DNA of 64,000 bases, from NCBI GenBank assembly GCA_964016885.1, contig OZ024741.1, positions 271,684,001 to 271,748,000 of the forward strand. The letters run 5' to 3'. Under the pieces are notes generated by a model that was not told the origin of the DNA, did no database searches, and was given only the letters and a program-made list of their open reading frames with translations. The translations under genes and the position numbers were made by a program. This DNA comes from Eledone cirrhosa. Taxonomy: Eukaryota. Of this stretch, positions 28,101-42,032 are shown piece after piece. Numbering within the stretch: the stretch's first letter is position 1; each line of letters starts with the position of its first letter.

Positions 28101-31100
28101 TCTTTCCAGTCTTAGATATTCTAAACCTGGTGAGACCCATCCCTCTCTGGTCTTAGAGATTATAAACATGGTGGAGCCCATCTCTCTCTGGTCTTAGATA
28201 TTCTAATCCTGGTGGAGCCCATCTCTCTCTGGTCTTAGATATTCTAAATCTGGTGGAGCCCATCTCTCTCCAGTCTTAGATATTCTAAACCTGGTGGAGC
28301 CCATCTCTCTCCAGTCTTAGATATTCTAAATCTGGTGGATCCCATCTCTCTCTGGTCTTAGATAATCTAAACCTGGTGGAGCCCATCTCTCTCCAGTCTT
28401 AGATATTCTAAACCTGGTGAGACCCATCCCTCTCTGGTCTTAGAGATTATAAACATGGTGGAGCCCATCTCTCTCTGGTCTTAGATATTCTAATCCTGGT
28501 GGAACCCATCTCTCTCTGGTCTTAGATATTCTAAATCTGGTGGAGCCCATCTCTCTCCAGTCTTAGATATTCTAAACCTGGTGGAGCCCATCTCTCTCCA
28601 GTCTTAGATATTCTAAATCTGGTGGATCCCATCTCTCTCTGGTCTTAGATAATCTAAACCTGGTGGGACCCATCTCTCTCTGGTCTTAGATAATCTAAAC
28701 CTGGTGGACCCCATCTCTCTCCAGTCTTAGAGATTCCAAACCTGGTGGGACCCATCTCTCTCTGCTCTTAGATATTCTAAATCTGGTGGAGCCCATCTCT
28801 CTCCAGTCTTAGATATTCTAAACTTGGTGGGACCCATCTCTCTCCAGTCTTAGATATTCTGAACCTGGTGGACCCCATCTCTCTCCAGTCTTAGATATTT
28901 TAAACCTGGTGGTCCCCATCCCTCTCCAGTCTTAGATATTCTAAACCTGGTGGGCCCCATCTCTCTCCAGTCTTAGATATTCTAAACCTGATGGAGCCCA
29001 TCCCTCTCCAGTCTTAGATATTATAAACCTGGTGGACCCCATCTCTCTCTCTGGTCTTAGATATTCTAAACCTGGTGGTCCCCATCCCTCTCCAGTCTTA
29101 GATATTCTAAACCTGGTGGACCCCATCTCTCTCCAGTCTTAGATATTTTAAACCTGGTGGGACCCATGTCTCTCTGGTCTTAGATATTCTAAACCTGGTG
29201 GACACCATCTCTCTCCAGTCTTAGATATTCTAAACCTGGTGGACCCCATTTCTCTCCAGTCTTAGATATTCTAAACCTGGTGGGACCCATCTCTCTCCAG
29301 TCTTAGATATTCTGAACCTGGTGGACCCCATCTCTCTCCAGTCTTAGATATTCTAAACCAGGTGGTCCCCATCCCTCTCCAGTCTTAGATATTCTAAACC
29401 TGGTGGACCCCATCTCTCTCCAGTCTTAGATATTCTAAACCTGGTGGAGCCCATCTCTCTGGTCTTAGATATTCTAAACCTGGTTGGACCCATCTCTCTC
29501 CAGTCTTAGATATTCTAAACCTGGTGGAGCCCATCTCTCTCTGGTCTTATATATTCGAAATCTGGTGGAGCCCATCTCTCTCCAGTCTTAGATATTCGTA
29601 ACCTGGTGGACCCCATCTCTCTCCAGTCTTAGATATTCTAAGCCTGGTGGACCCCATCTCTCTCTCTCTGGTCTTAGATATTCTAAACCTGGTGGACCCC
29701 ATCCCTCTCCAGTGTTAGATATTCTAAACCTGGTGGAGCCCATCTCTCTCCAGTCTTAGATATTCTAATCCTGGTGGAACCGATCTCTCTCCAGTCTTAG
29801 ATATTTTAAACCTGGTGGGACCCATCTCTCTCTGGTCTTAGATATTCTAAACCTGGTGGACACCATCTCTCTCCAGTCTTAGATATTCTAAACCTGGTGG
29901 ACCCCATCTCTCTCTCTGGTCTTAGATATTCTAAACCTGGTGGTCCCCATCCCTCTCCAGTCTTAGATATTCTAAACCTGGTGGACCCCATCTCTCTCCA
30001 GTCTTAGATATTTTAAACCTGGTGGAGCCCATCTCTCTCCAGTCTTAGATATTCTAAACCTGGTGGAGCCCATCTCTCTCCAGTCTTAGATATTCTAAAT
30101 CTGGTGGACCCCATCTCTCTCTGGTCTTAGATATTCTCAACCTGGTGGAACCCATCTCTCTCCAGTCTTAGATATTCTAAACCTGGTGGGACCCATCTCT
30201 CTCTGGTCTTAGATATTCTAAACCTGGTGGAGCCCATCTCTCTCCAGTCTTAGATATTCTAAACCTGGTGAGACCCATCTCTCTCTGGTCTTAGATATTC
30301 TAGACCTGGTGGACCCCATCTCTCTCCAGTCTTAGAGATTCTAAACCTGGTGGACCCCATCTCTCTCTGGTCTTAGATATTCTCAACCTGGTGGAACCCA
30401 TCTCTCTCCAGTCTTAGAGATTCTAAACCTGGTGGAGCCCATCTCTCTCTGGTCTTAGATATTCTAAACCTGGTGGACACCATCTCTCTCCAGTCTTAGA
30501 TATTCTAAACCTGGTGGACCCCATCTCTCTCCAGTCTTAGATATTCTAAACCTGGTTGGACCCATCTCACTCCAGTCTTAGATATTCTAAACCTGGTGGG
30601 ACCCATCTCTCTCTGGTCTTAGATATTCTGAACCTGGTGGATCCCATCTCTCTCTGGTCTTAGATATTCTAAACCTGGTGGAGCCCATCTCTCTCCAGTC
30701 TTAGATATTCTCAACCAGGTGGAACCCATCTCTCTCCAGTCTTAGAGATTCTAAACCTGGTGGAGCCCATCTCTCTCTGGTCTTAGATATTCTAAACCTG
30801 GTGGACACCATCTCTCTCCAGTCTTAGATATTCTAAACCTGGTGGACCCCATCTCTCTCCAGTCTTAGATATTCTAAACCTGGTTGGACCCATCTCTCTC
30901 CAGTCTTAGATATTCTAAACCTGGTGGGACCCATCTCTCTCTGGTCTTAGATATTCTGAACCTGGTGGACCCCATCTCTCTCCAGTCTTAGATATTCTAA
31001 ACCTGGTGGAGCCCATCTCTTTCCAGTCTTAGATATTCTAAACCTGGTGAGACCCATCCCTCTCTGGTCTTAGAGATTATAAACATGGTGGAGCCCATCT

Positions 31101-34100
31101 CTCTCTGGTCTTAGATATTCTAATCCTGGTGGAACCCATCTCTCTCTGGTCTTAGATATTCTAAATCTGGTGGAGCCCATCTCTCTCCAGTCTTAGATAT
31201 TCTAAACCTGGTGGAGCCCATCTCTCTCCAGTCTTAGATATTCTAAATCTGGTGGATCCCATCTCTCTCTGGTCTTAGATAATCTAAACCTGGTGGAGCC
31301 CATCTCTCTCCAGTCTTAGAGATTCCAAACCTGGTGGGACCCATCTCTCTCTGCTCTTAGATATTCTAAATCTGGTGGAGCCCATCTCTCTCCAGTCTTA
31401 GATACTCTAAACCTGGTGGACCCCATCTCTCTCCAGTCTTAGATATTCTAAACCTGGTGGAGCCCATCTCTCTCTGGTCTTAGATATTCTAATCCTGGTG
31501 GAACCCATCTCTCTCCAGTCTTAGATATTTTAAACCTGGTGGGACCCCTCTCTCTCTGGTCTTAGATATTCTAAACCTGGTGGACACCATCTCTCTCCAG
31601 TCTTAGATATTCTGAACCTGGTGGACCCCATCTCTCTCCAGTCTTAGATATTCTAAACCTGGTGGGACCCATCTCTCTCCGGTCTTAGATATTCTGAACC
31701 TGGTGGACCCCATCTCTCTCCAGTCTTAGAGATTCTAAACCTGGTGGAGCCCATCTCTCTCCAGTCTTAGATATTCTAAACCTGGTTGGACCCATCTCAC
31801 TCCAGTCTTAGATATTCTAAACCTGGTGGGACCCATCTCTCTCTGGTCTTAGATATTCTGAACCTGGTGGATCCCATCTCTCTCTGGTCTTAGATATTCT
31901 AAACCTGGTGGAGCCCATCTCTCTCCAGTCTTAGATATTCTCAACCAGGTGGAACCCATCTCTCTCCAGTCTTAGAGATTCTAAACCTGGTGGAGCCCAT
32001 CTCTCTCTGGTCTTAGATATTCTAAACCTGGTGGACACCATCTCTCTCCAGTCTTAGATATTCTAAACCTGGTGGACCCCATCTCTCTCCAGTCTTAGAT
32101 ATTCTAAACCTGGTTGGACCCATCTCTCTCCAGTCTTAGATATTCTAAACCTGGTGGGACCCATCTCTCTCTGGTCTTAGATATTCTGAACCTGGTGGAC
32201 CCCATCTCTCTCCAGTCTTAGATATTCTAAACCTGGTGGAGCCCATCTCTTTCCAGTCTTAGATATTCTAAACCTGGTGAGACCCATCCCTCTCTGGTCT
32301 TAGAGATTATAAACATGGTGGAGCCCATCTCTCTCTGGTCTTAGATATTCTAATCCTGGTGGAACCCATCTCTCTCTGGTCTTAGATATTCTAAATCTGG
32401 TGGAGCCCATCTCTCTCCAGTCTTAGATATTCTAAACCTGGTGGAGCCCATCTCTCTCCAGTCTTAGATATTCTAAATCTGGTGGATCCCATCTCTCTCT
32501 GGTCTTAGATAATCTAAACCTGGTGGAGCCCATCTCTCTCCAGTCTTAGAGATTCCAAACCTGGTGGGACCCATCTCTCTCTGCTCTTAGATATTCTAAA
32601 TCTGGTGGAGCCCATCTCTCTCCAGTCTTAGATACTCTAAACCTGGTGGACCCCATCTCTCTCCAGTCTTAGATATTCTAAACCTGGTGGAGCCCATCTC
32701 TCTCTGGTCTTAGATATTCTAATCCTGGTGGAACCCATCTCTCTCCAGTCTTAGATATTTTAAACCTGGTGGGACCCCTCTCTCTCTGGTCTTAGATATT
32801 CTAAACCTGGTGGACACCATCTCTCTCCAGTCTTAGATATTCTGAACCTGGTGGACCCCATCTCTCTCCAGTCTTAGATATTCTAAACCTGGTGGGACCC
32901 ATCTCTCTCCAGTCTTAGATATTCTGAACCTGGTGGACCCCATCTCTCTCCAGTCTTAGAGATTCTAAACCTGGTGGAGCCCATCTCTCTCCAGTCTTAG
33001 ATATTCTAAACCTGGTTGGACCCATCTCACTCCAGTCTTAGATATTCTAAACCTGGTGGGACCCATCTCTCTCTGGTCTTAGATATTCTGAACCTGGTGG
33101 ATCCCATCTCTCTCTGGTCTTAGATATTCTAAACCTGGTGGAGCCCATCTCTCTCCAGTCTTAGATATTCTCAACCAGGTGGAACCCATCTCTCTCCAGT
33201 CTTAGAGATTCTAAACCTGGTGGAGCCCATCTCTCTCTGGTCTTAGATATTCTAAACCTGGTGGACACCATCTCTCTCCAGTCTTAGATATTCTAAACCT
33301 GGTGGACCCCATCTCTCTCCAGTCTTAGATATTCTAAACCTGGTTGGACCCATCTCTCTCCAGTCTTAGATATTCTAAACCTGGTGGGACCCATCTCTCT
33401 CTGGTCTTAGATATTCTGAACCTGGTGGACCCCATCTCTCTCCAGTCTTAGATATTCTAAACCTGGTGGAGCCCATCTCTTTCCAGTCTTAGATATTCTA
33501 AACCTGGTGAGACCCATCCCTCTCTGGTCTTAGAGATTATAAACATGGTGGAGCCCATCTCTCTCTGGTCTTAGATATTCTAATCCTGGTGGAACCCATC
33601 TCTCTCTGGTCTTAGATATTCTAAATCTGGTGGAGCCCATCTCTCTCCAGTCTTAGATATTCTAAACCTGGTGGAGCCCATCTCTCTCCAGTCTTAGATA
33701 TTCTAAATCTGGTGGATCCCATCTCTCTCTGGTCTTAGATAATCTAAACCTGGTGGAGCCCATCTCTCTCCAGTCTTAGAGATTCCAAACCTGGTGGGAC
33801 CCATCTCTCTCTGCTCTTAGATATTCTAAATCTGGTGGAGCCCATCTCTCTCCAGTCTTAGATATTCTAAACCTGGTGGACCCCATCTCTCTCCAGTCTT
33901 AGAGATTCTAAACCTGGTGGAGCCCATCTCTCACTGGTCTTAGATATTCTAATCCTGGTGGAACCCATCTCTCTCCAGTCTTAGATATTTTAAACCTGGT
34001 GGAGCCCATCTCTCTCTGGTCTTAGATATTCTAAATCTGGTGGACCCCATCTCTCTGGTCTTAGATATTCTAAACCTGGTTGGACCCATCTCTCTCCAGT

Positions 34101-37100
34101 CTTAGATATTCTAAACCTGGTGGAGCCCATCTCTCTCTGGTCTTATATATTCGAAATCTGGTGGAGCCCATCTCTCTCCAGTCTTAGATATTCGTAACCT
34201 GGTGGACCCCATCTCTCTCCAGTCTTAGATATTCGAAACCTGGTGGGACCCATCTCTCTCCAGTCTTAGATAGACTAAACCTGGTGGGACCCATCTCTCT
34301 CTGGTCTTAGATATTCTAAACCTGGTGGGAACCATCTCTCTCTGGTCTTAGATATTCTAAATCTGGTGGAGCCCATCGCTCTCTGGTCTTAGATATTCTA
34401 AACCTGGTGGACCCCATCTCTCTCTCTCTGGTCTTAGATATTCTAAACCTGGTGGACCCCATCCCTCTCCAGTCTTAGATATTCTAAACCTGGTGGAGCC
34501 CATCTCTCTCCAGTCTTAGAAATTCTAAACCTGGTGGGACCCATCCCTCTCCAGTCTTAGATATTATAAACCTGGTGGACCCCATCTCTCTCTCTGGTGT
34601 TAGATATTCTAAACCTGGTGGTCCCCATCCCTCTCCAGTCTTAGATATTCTAAACCTGGTGGACCCCATCTCTCTCCAGTCTTAGATATTCTAAACCTGG
34701 TGGAGCCCATCTCTCTCCAGTCTTAGATATTCTAAACCTGGTGGAGCCCATCTCTCTCCAGTCTTAGATATTCTAAACCTGGTGGAGCCCATCTCTCTCC
34801 AGTCTTAGATATTCTAAATCTGGTGGACCCCATCTCTCTCTGGTCTTAGATATTCTCAACCTGGTGGACCCCATCTGTCTCCAGTCTTAGAGATTATAAA
34901 CCTGGTGGGACCCATCTCTCTCCAGTCTTAGATATTCTAAACCTGGTGGTCCCCATCCCTCTCCAGTCTTAGATATTCTAAATCTGGTGGATCCCATCTC
35001 TCTCTTGTCTTAGATAATCTAAACCTGGTGGAGCCCATCTCTCTCCAGTCTTAGAGATTCTAAACCTGGTGGAGCCCATCTCTCTCCAGTCTTAGATATT
35101 CTAATCCTGTTGGAACCCATCTCTCTCCAGTCTTAGATATTCTAAACCTGGTGGAGCCCATCTCTCTCTGGTCTTAGATATTCTGAACCTGGTGGGACCC
35201 ATCTCTCTCTGGTCTTAGATATTCTAAACCTGGTGGGACCCATCTCTCTCTGGTCTTAGATATTCGAAACCTGGTGGGATCCATCTCTCTCCAGTCTTAG
35301 ATATTCGAAACCTGGTGGGATCCATCTCTCTCCAGTCTTAGATATTCTAAACCTGGTGGGATCCATCTCTCTCCAGTCTTAGATATTCTAAACCTGGTGG
35401 ACCCCATCTCTCTCCAGTCTTAGATATTCTAAACCTGGTGGGACCCATCTCTCTCTGGTCTTAGATATTCTGAACCTGGTGGGACCCATCTCTCTCTGGT
35501 CTTAGATATTCTAAACCTGGTGGGACCCATCTCTCTCTGGTCTTAGATATTCTGAACCTGGTGGGACCCATCTCTCTCTGGTCTTAGATATTCTAAATCT
35601 GGTGGAGCCCATCCCTCTCTGGTCTTAGATATTCTAAATCTGGTGGAGCCCATCCCTCTCTGGTCTTAGATATTCTAAACCTGGTGGGACCCATCTCTCT
35701 CCAGTCTTAGATATTCTAAACCTGGTGGGACCCATCCCTCTCCAGTCTTAGATATTATAAACCTGGTGGACCCCATCTCTCTCTCTGGTCTTAGATATTC
35801 TAAACCTGGTGGTTCCCATCCCTCTCCAGTCTTAGATATTCTAAACCTGGTGGACCCCATCTCTCTCCAGTCTTAGATATTCTAAACCTGGTGGAGCCCA
35901 TCTCTCTCCAGTCTTAGATATTCTAAACCTGGTGAAGCCCATCTCTCTCCAGTCTTAGATATTCTAAATCTGGTGGACCCCATCTCTCTCTGGTCTTAGA
36001 TATTCTCAACCTGGTGCAACCCATCTCTCTCCAGTCTTAGATATTCTAAACCTGGTGGTCCCCATCCCTCTCCAGTCTTAGATATTCTAAATCTGGTGGA
36101 TCCCATCTCTCTCTGGTCTTAGAGATTCTAAACCTGGTGGAGCCCATCTCTCTGCAGTCTTAGATATTCTAATCCTGTTGGAACCCATCTCTCTCCAGTC
36201 TTAGATATTCTAAACCTGGTGGAGCCCATCTCTCTCCAGTCTTAGATATTCGAAACCTGGTGGGATCCATCTCTCTCCAGTCTTAGATATTCTAAACCTG
36301 GTGGACCCCATCTCTCTCCAGTCTTAGATATTCTAAACCTGGTGGGACCCATCTCTCTCTGGTCTTAGATATTCTAAATCTGGTGGAGCCCATCCCTCTC
36401 TGGTCTTAGATATTCTAAACCTGGTGGACCCCATCTCTCCAGTCTTAGATATTCTAAACCTGGTGGGACCCATCTCTCTCTGGTCTTAGATATTCTAAAC
36501 CTGATGGAGCCCATCTCTCTCCAGTCTTAGATATTCTAAACCTGGTGGTCCCCATCCCTCTCCAGTCTTAGATATTCTAAAACTGGTGGACCCCATCTCT
36601 CTCTCTCTGGTCTTAGATATTCTAAACCTGGTGGACCCCATCCCTCTCCAGTCTTAGATATTCTAAACCTGGTGGAGCTCATCTCTCTCTGGTCTTAGAT
36701 ATTCTAAATCTGGTGGAGCCGATCTCTCTCCCGTCTTAGATATTCTAAACCTGATGGACCCATCTCTCTCTGGTCTTAGATATTCTAAATCTGGTGGACC
36801 CCATCCTTCTCCAGTCTTAGATATTCTAAATCTGGTGGACCCCATCTCTCTCCAGTCTTAGATATTCTAAACCTGGTGGAGCCCATCCCTCTCTGGTCTT
36901 AGATATTCTAAATCTGGTGGAGCCCATCTCTCTCTGGTCTTAGATATTCTAAACCTGATGGAGCTCATCTCTCTCCAGTCTTAGATATTCTAAACCTGGT
37001 GGAGCCCATCTCTCTCTGGTCTTAGATATTCTAAATCTAGTGGAGCCCATCTCTCTCTGGTCTTAGATATTCTAAACCTGGTGGAGCCAATCTCTCTCTG

Positions 37101-37307
37101 GTCTTAGATATTCTAAACCTGGTGTGACCCATCTCTCTCTGGTCTTAGATATTCTAAATCTGGTGGAGCCCATCTCTCTTTGGTCTTAGATATTCTAAAC
37201 CTGGTGGAGCCCATCTCTCTCTGGTCTTAGATATTCTAAACCTGGTGGAGCCTACCCCTCTCCAGTCTTGTATATTCTAAACCTGGTGGGACCCACCACC
37301 TCTCCAG
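13116..37307. repeat. 41-bp satellite/minisatellite array, ~24.2 kb, ~590 units
   Basis: Consensus aaacctggtggagcccatctctctccagtcttagatattct; occasional 39/43/45-bp units from (CT)n slippage. Confidence 0.99.
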
Positions 37308-37349
37308 GTTGGAATGCATCTGATTTCTTCGAAAGAAAAAAATGAATAA

Positions 37350-37615
37350 AGTACTTGACAGGTCCTTTATTTATCGACTTGGAATAGATAGAAGGCAAAG
37401 TTGACCTGAGTGGACCAGAACAAAGATGACTTCAGATATGACCTCAGTGAACCAGAACAAAGTTGATCTCAGATTTGACCTCATTGAATGAGAACAAAGT
37501 TCATCTCAGATTTGACCTCAGTGAGCCAGAAAAAAGTTGATCTCAGATTTGACCTGAGTGAACCAGAACAAAGGCAATTTCAGATTTAATCTCAGAGAAC
37601 CAGAACAAATACTGT
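37350..37615 (-). repeat. SINE fragment with ~37-bp tandem amplification (5-6 copies)
   Basis: gacctcagtgaaccagaacaaagttgatctcagattt repeated, contiguous with the reverse SINE motif tttatcgac...aaggcaaagttgac. Confidence 0.6.
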
Positions 37616-38246
37616 GGAATTTTAATCCAACATTCTAAAGACTCTGGCAATTCACCATCTTACATCAGATTGTCTTAAGATTAAAAAGGAAATGGGATGA
37701 TACATTGAACAATGTTGTCTTAGATCAGTAGTTTGCAGTCTATGGTCCACAGATACCAGGGAAAGGGGTTCTTAAATGTAGTACTGGAGAAATAGTTAAG
37801 GCTAATGGTGTGGTAGGAAATAAAACAAGATTGTAAAACTATCTGGGAAAATGGTCACTGCTAATGGTTTCGAACTAAAGCTGACCTTAAATTTGACCTC
37901 CTTAAACCAGAGCAAGGATGGCATCAGGTTTGACCTGGGGGTCCTTAAAGGTAGTACTGGCAATCCATGAGTTAAGTTCAAAATTCCAACTAATTTATTT
38001 ACCCTTTTGTTAATATATGTTTAATGAAAGGTTTGGAAATTGAATTAATTAAGGAAGAATTTGGAGAAAATTCCTAAAATTATTGATTATTATATTACTA
38101 TAGTTTGTTTGTTTGTTTTTGTTTTTTTTGTTGTTTTGTTTTTTTATCAAAAGGGTTATGTATGTATGTGTGTATGTATGTATGTGTGCATGTGTGCATG
38201 TGTGTGTATGTATGTACGTATATGTGTGTGTATATCTATGTATGTA

Positions 38247-38670
38247 TGTTCTTCTGGTTTTATAATTCTATAAATTTTTACCAATAGAGAGAGAGTCGGT
38301 TTCTAACATAGATACAAGACTCTCATTGGAATTTACACAACATCAACTAGGTAGATATGTCTGCATGTCTGTATGCATGCATGTGTGTGCAGGTATGGAT
38401 GTTATTGTATGTGTGGATGTAGATGTTTTGAGTTATATGTGTGCATGTGTATATGCTTTGTATCTGTACATGTGTACATGCAGTTACTACATGCAGAACT
38501 TTTGGAATGTTTTACATATTTTTACTGTTCCATTAATGGATTGTACTTGTAATTTCCTAATTAGTTGTGTTCTTTCCGTTTCTGTAAAGTCCAGCTTCTC
38601 AAGATTTGTACTGAGTCAGTTACTAGCATATCCCAGTGCCCCAATAATCACAGGTATAAATCTGAAGGTA
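38247..38670 (-). mobile_element. Second copy of the 3' tail of the R4/Dong-like LINE
   Basis: Aligns to 38707-39127 at an offset of ~458-460 bp with scattered substitutions. Confidence 0.75.
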
Positions 38671-38707
38671 TAAATCTGTATGTATGTAGGTATGTATGTA
38701 TGTATAT

Positions 38708-40630
38708 GTTCTTCTGGTTTTATAATTTCACAAATTTTTACCAATAGAGAGAGAGTCGGTTTCTAACATAGGCACAAGACTCTCTCATTGGAATTTACCC
38801 AACATCAACTAGGTAGATATGTATGCATGCCTGCATGCATGCATGTGTAGATATGTATGTTATTGTATGTGTGGATGTGTATGTTTTGAGTTGTATGTGT
38901 GCATGTGTATATGCTTTGTATCTGTACATGTGTATATGCAGTAATTAGATGCAAAATTTTTGGAATGTTTTACATATTTTTACTGTTCCATTAATGGATT
39001 GTACTTGTAATTTCCTAACTAGTTGTGTTCTTTCTGTTCCTGTGAAGCCTAGCTTCTCAAGATTTGTATTGAGGCAGTTACTAACATATCCTAGTGCCCT
39101 AATAACCAGGCATAAATCTGAAGGTGTAATCAGGGTGGAGTATCTGCAGATTTCTCATCAGTTCTGCATAAATATTCTCCTTTTCGCTAATCTTTGATAT
39201 TATATTGGCATCTGCTGGGCAGCTAACTTTCTTTTCCCTGTCCCATATAATATCTGGTCTGTTATGCCTGCATTTTATTGGGGTTTTTACTGGAACATTC
39301 CACCAGTACTCTTTCATATTATGTATATGGATGTCTTCCACATTGCTGTAGCTTTTAATATGTTTATTATCGAGGCTATCTTTCTACGGATTGTATTGTA
39401 CAGTGTTTTGGCCAATACATCATGCCTCATAGGTAGATAGTACCGTGATGACATCTTTGGACTGCTGCTGATGACATGGGTAACATCTTTGATGTTAATT
39501 CTGCACTTGTTATCACATCTAGGTGTTTTGCCTGCATCCCTATCTCTTTTGTGAATCAGGTATTTCGTGTTAATTTCCTGTTCTTGGATTGCAAAAGCGT
39601 ATCCTTCAAAGTGGGAGCCAATATAGCGGTTGTTGGTCCAAGATAGACTACTTTCCTTATCTATATTACTCTCACTCTGGAGCTTCCTGGCAACATATTC
39701 ATGCATGATTTTTTTGCTGATAAGCATGCAGTTTTTCATCCATGGATTCACTGCGATACTGCTGAGCGACTTCCCTGGGTGTGAGTTTTTGATTATCATA
39801 CAGGGAATATCTCTCAAGGAGTTCCTTCCCAACTCTCATGATCTTATCTGTTTCATGCAGATACACTTGCTCGAGAGACGGGCTCCTACGCTTCGAGGTT
39901 CGTAGATGTTGTCGGAGGGATATGATGTGACATTCGAATGTTGTCTGGACTGATATTAGGCCTCTGCCTCCCTGCTTACGTTTCAAGTAAAGGTGGTCTA
40001 TGTCACTGTTGATGTGGAAGTTTCCGGTGTTGTTTAGTATTTTTTGAGTTATAACATCGGATTTCATCTATCGTCCAATTGAGTTATAACATCGGATTTC
40101 ATCTATCGTCCAATTAGGACAGGCACTGCAAACACGTTGTGAGCCACTGTTTTGTTTTGCACAGAGAGTTCCGATGACCAAATCTTTCTTAATCGGGTGT
40201 AGTATTCCCTGGTTACACGTTCCTTATTACAGATACCATTATAGGATATGTTCTCATCTATCCCCAGGTATCTGTAGCAGTCCTCATGAGATATCGGTGA
40301 AACAGTTAGGCCATTGATGACAATGTTGCTAGATTGGGTTGTTGTTTTTCCCGGCTTTACAGTCATATATGAGCATTTATCTTGGCCAAACTCCATTCCT
40401 ATATCCTTTGAGAACATTGTAACCAGGTCAATATTTTTCTTCATCCCATCCATGTTCTTGGAATAAAGTTTCAGATCATCCACAAAGAAATTATGGGTTA
40501 GGTTTGTATTTCTGTCCTCCTGTGAACCAATGATGTATCCTTCACATTTCTTATGCAAAAAGGACAAGGGGTTTAATGACAGGATGAATAATATCACAGA
40601 GAGACTGTCTCCCTGAAATATACCCCTGCG
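38708..40630 (-). mobile_element. 5'-truncated, decayed non-LTR retrotransposon with restriction-like endonuclease (R4/Dong-like)
   Basis: RT motifs GIFQGDSLS and FFVDDLKLY, then a degenerate CCHC finger, RHD and HNRPDII (PD..D nuclease). Split over several frames; tail ends in (TACA)n. Confidence 0.85.
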
Positions 40631-40705
40631 ATATTTTATTTTATCAGTGCGATATTTTATTTTATCAATGCAATATTTTATTTTATCAGTGTATGTATTA
40701 CATAT

Positions 40706-41491
40706 ATGCGTCCATTTTATGTCCCAAATGCAAGAAACTCCATTTTATGTCCCAAATGCAAAGTATGGGTGCATAAAAGATGTAGTTGGATCACAGGTAA
40801 GCTAACTAAGAACATAGATTTTACATGTGGCCGGTGCTCAGGTGCAATAAGTAGCAGCAAGTGCCCACAAAATACTAGCTCCTTCAACTGCGCAGAGGGT
40901 TCTATAGAAATAGTGGACAGCTTCCGTTACTTGGGTGACAAAATCAGCAGTGGTGGAGGGTGCTCTGAAAGTACAGTAGCTAGAGTCAGAACTGGATGGA
41001 AAAAGTTCAGAGAGCTTATACCACTATTAGCCGCTAGAGGGTTCTCCCTAAAAATGAAAGGCAGGTTATACGATGCCTGCATACGAACAGCAATGCTGCA
41101 TGGCAGTGAGACCTGGGCATTGTGTGCAGAGGATATACGCAGACTAGAGAGGAACGAAGCTTGCATGCTCCGCTGGATGTGCAATAGTAATATACGTGAG
41201 CGGCAAAGCATAAACGAACTAAGGAAAAAATTAGAAATAAGAGGGATCAGATGTTGTTTACTCGAGAGAAGGCTACGTTGGTACGGTCACGTGATGCGCA
41301 TGAAAGACGACAGCTGTATAACAAAGTGCAGGGCAATAAAGATAGACGGTAGCCACGGAGTAGGCAGACCCAGAAAAACATGGGACGAGCTGATAAATTC
41401 CGACCTCACACGCTTACACCTCTCCAAGACAATGTCACTGGACCGAGACCTTTGGCGGTACTCAGTAATAGAGAAGACCCGCCTTACCTAA
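40706..41491 (+). mobile_element. 5'-truncated RTE-clade LINE fragment (ORF C-terminus)
   Basis: VDSFRYLG, AMLHGSETW, RRLRWYGHVMR, GRPRKTW; homologous to 56300-57030. Confidence 0.92.
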
Positions 41492-41594
41492 ATACAAAGT
41501 AAAAACCTACTACAGTCAGTAGGCATCTCTATCAAAACACCCCCCCGTCCCACCACCTCCACCCCATCCACACCGTCCCTTTCAATGTACAGTT

Positions 41595-41998
41595 ATGTTG
41601 GTCCCACAACATCCAGGCCGAAACAAATGAGATCGTGTAGGTGTCACGACAAAAAAACACACAGTCCACGCTGTAAATGTGGCCGTGTAGGCAACACGGT
41701 AAAAACCTCCCAGCCCCACACTGTAAATGTGGTTGGTGTTAGGAAGGGCATCCAGCTGTAGAAAACCCGCCAGACAGTCCACGCTGTAATGTGGCCGTGT
41801 AGGCAACACGGTAAAAACCTCCCAGCCCCACACTGTAAATGTGGTTGGTGTTAGGAAGGGCATCCAACTGTAGAAAACCCGCCAGACAGTCCTATGCGAG
41901 CAAGACAACCACTCTTGCCTCAAGTGGGAAAACCCCCGTCCAAACCCACGCAAGCGTGGAACACGGACGCTAAACCTGATGATGATGATGATGATGAT
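41595..41998 (+). mobile_element. RTE-derived non-autonomous element (or the LINE 3' UTR) with an internal ~113-bp duplication and (GAT)n tail
   Basis: gtgttaggaagggcatccagctgtagaaa present twice; tail ggaacacggacgctaaacc(tga)n; reverse copy at 57816-58113. Confidence 0.7.
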
Positions 41999-42032
41999 AT
42001 ATGTTTGTATGTATATATATGTATGTATGTGT

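Noticed and set aside
13116-37307. CRISPR-like array
   Set aside because: Units are contiguous with no unique spacers, there are no cas genes, and the context is eukaryotic. The ~61-aa ORFs are repeat artefacts.
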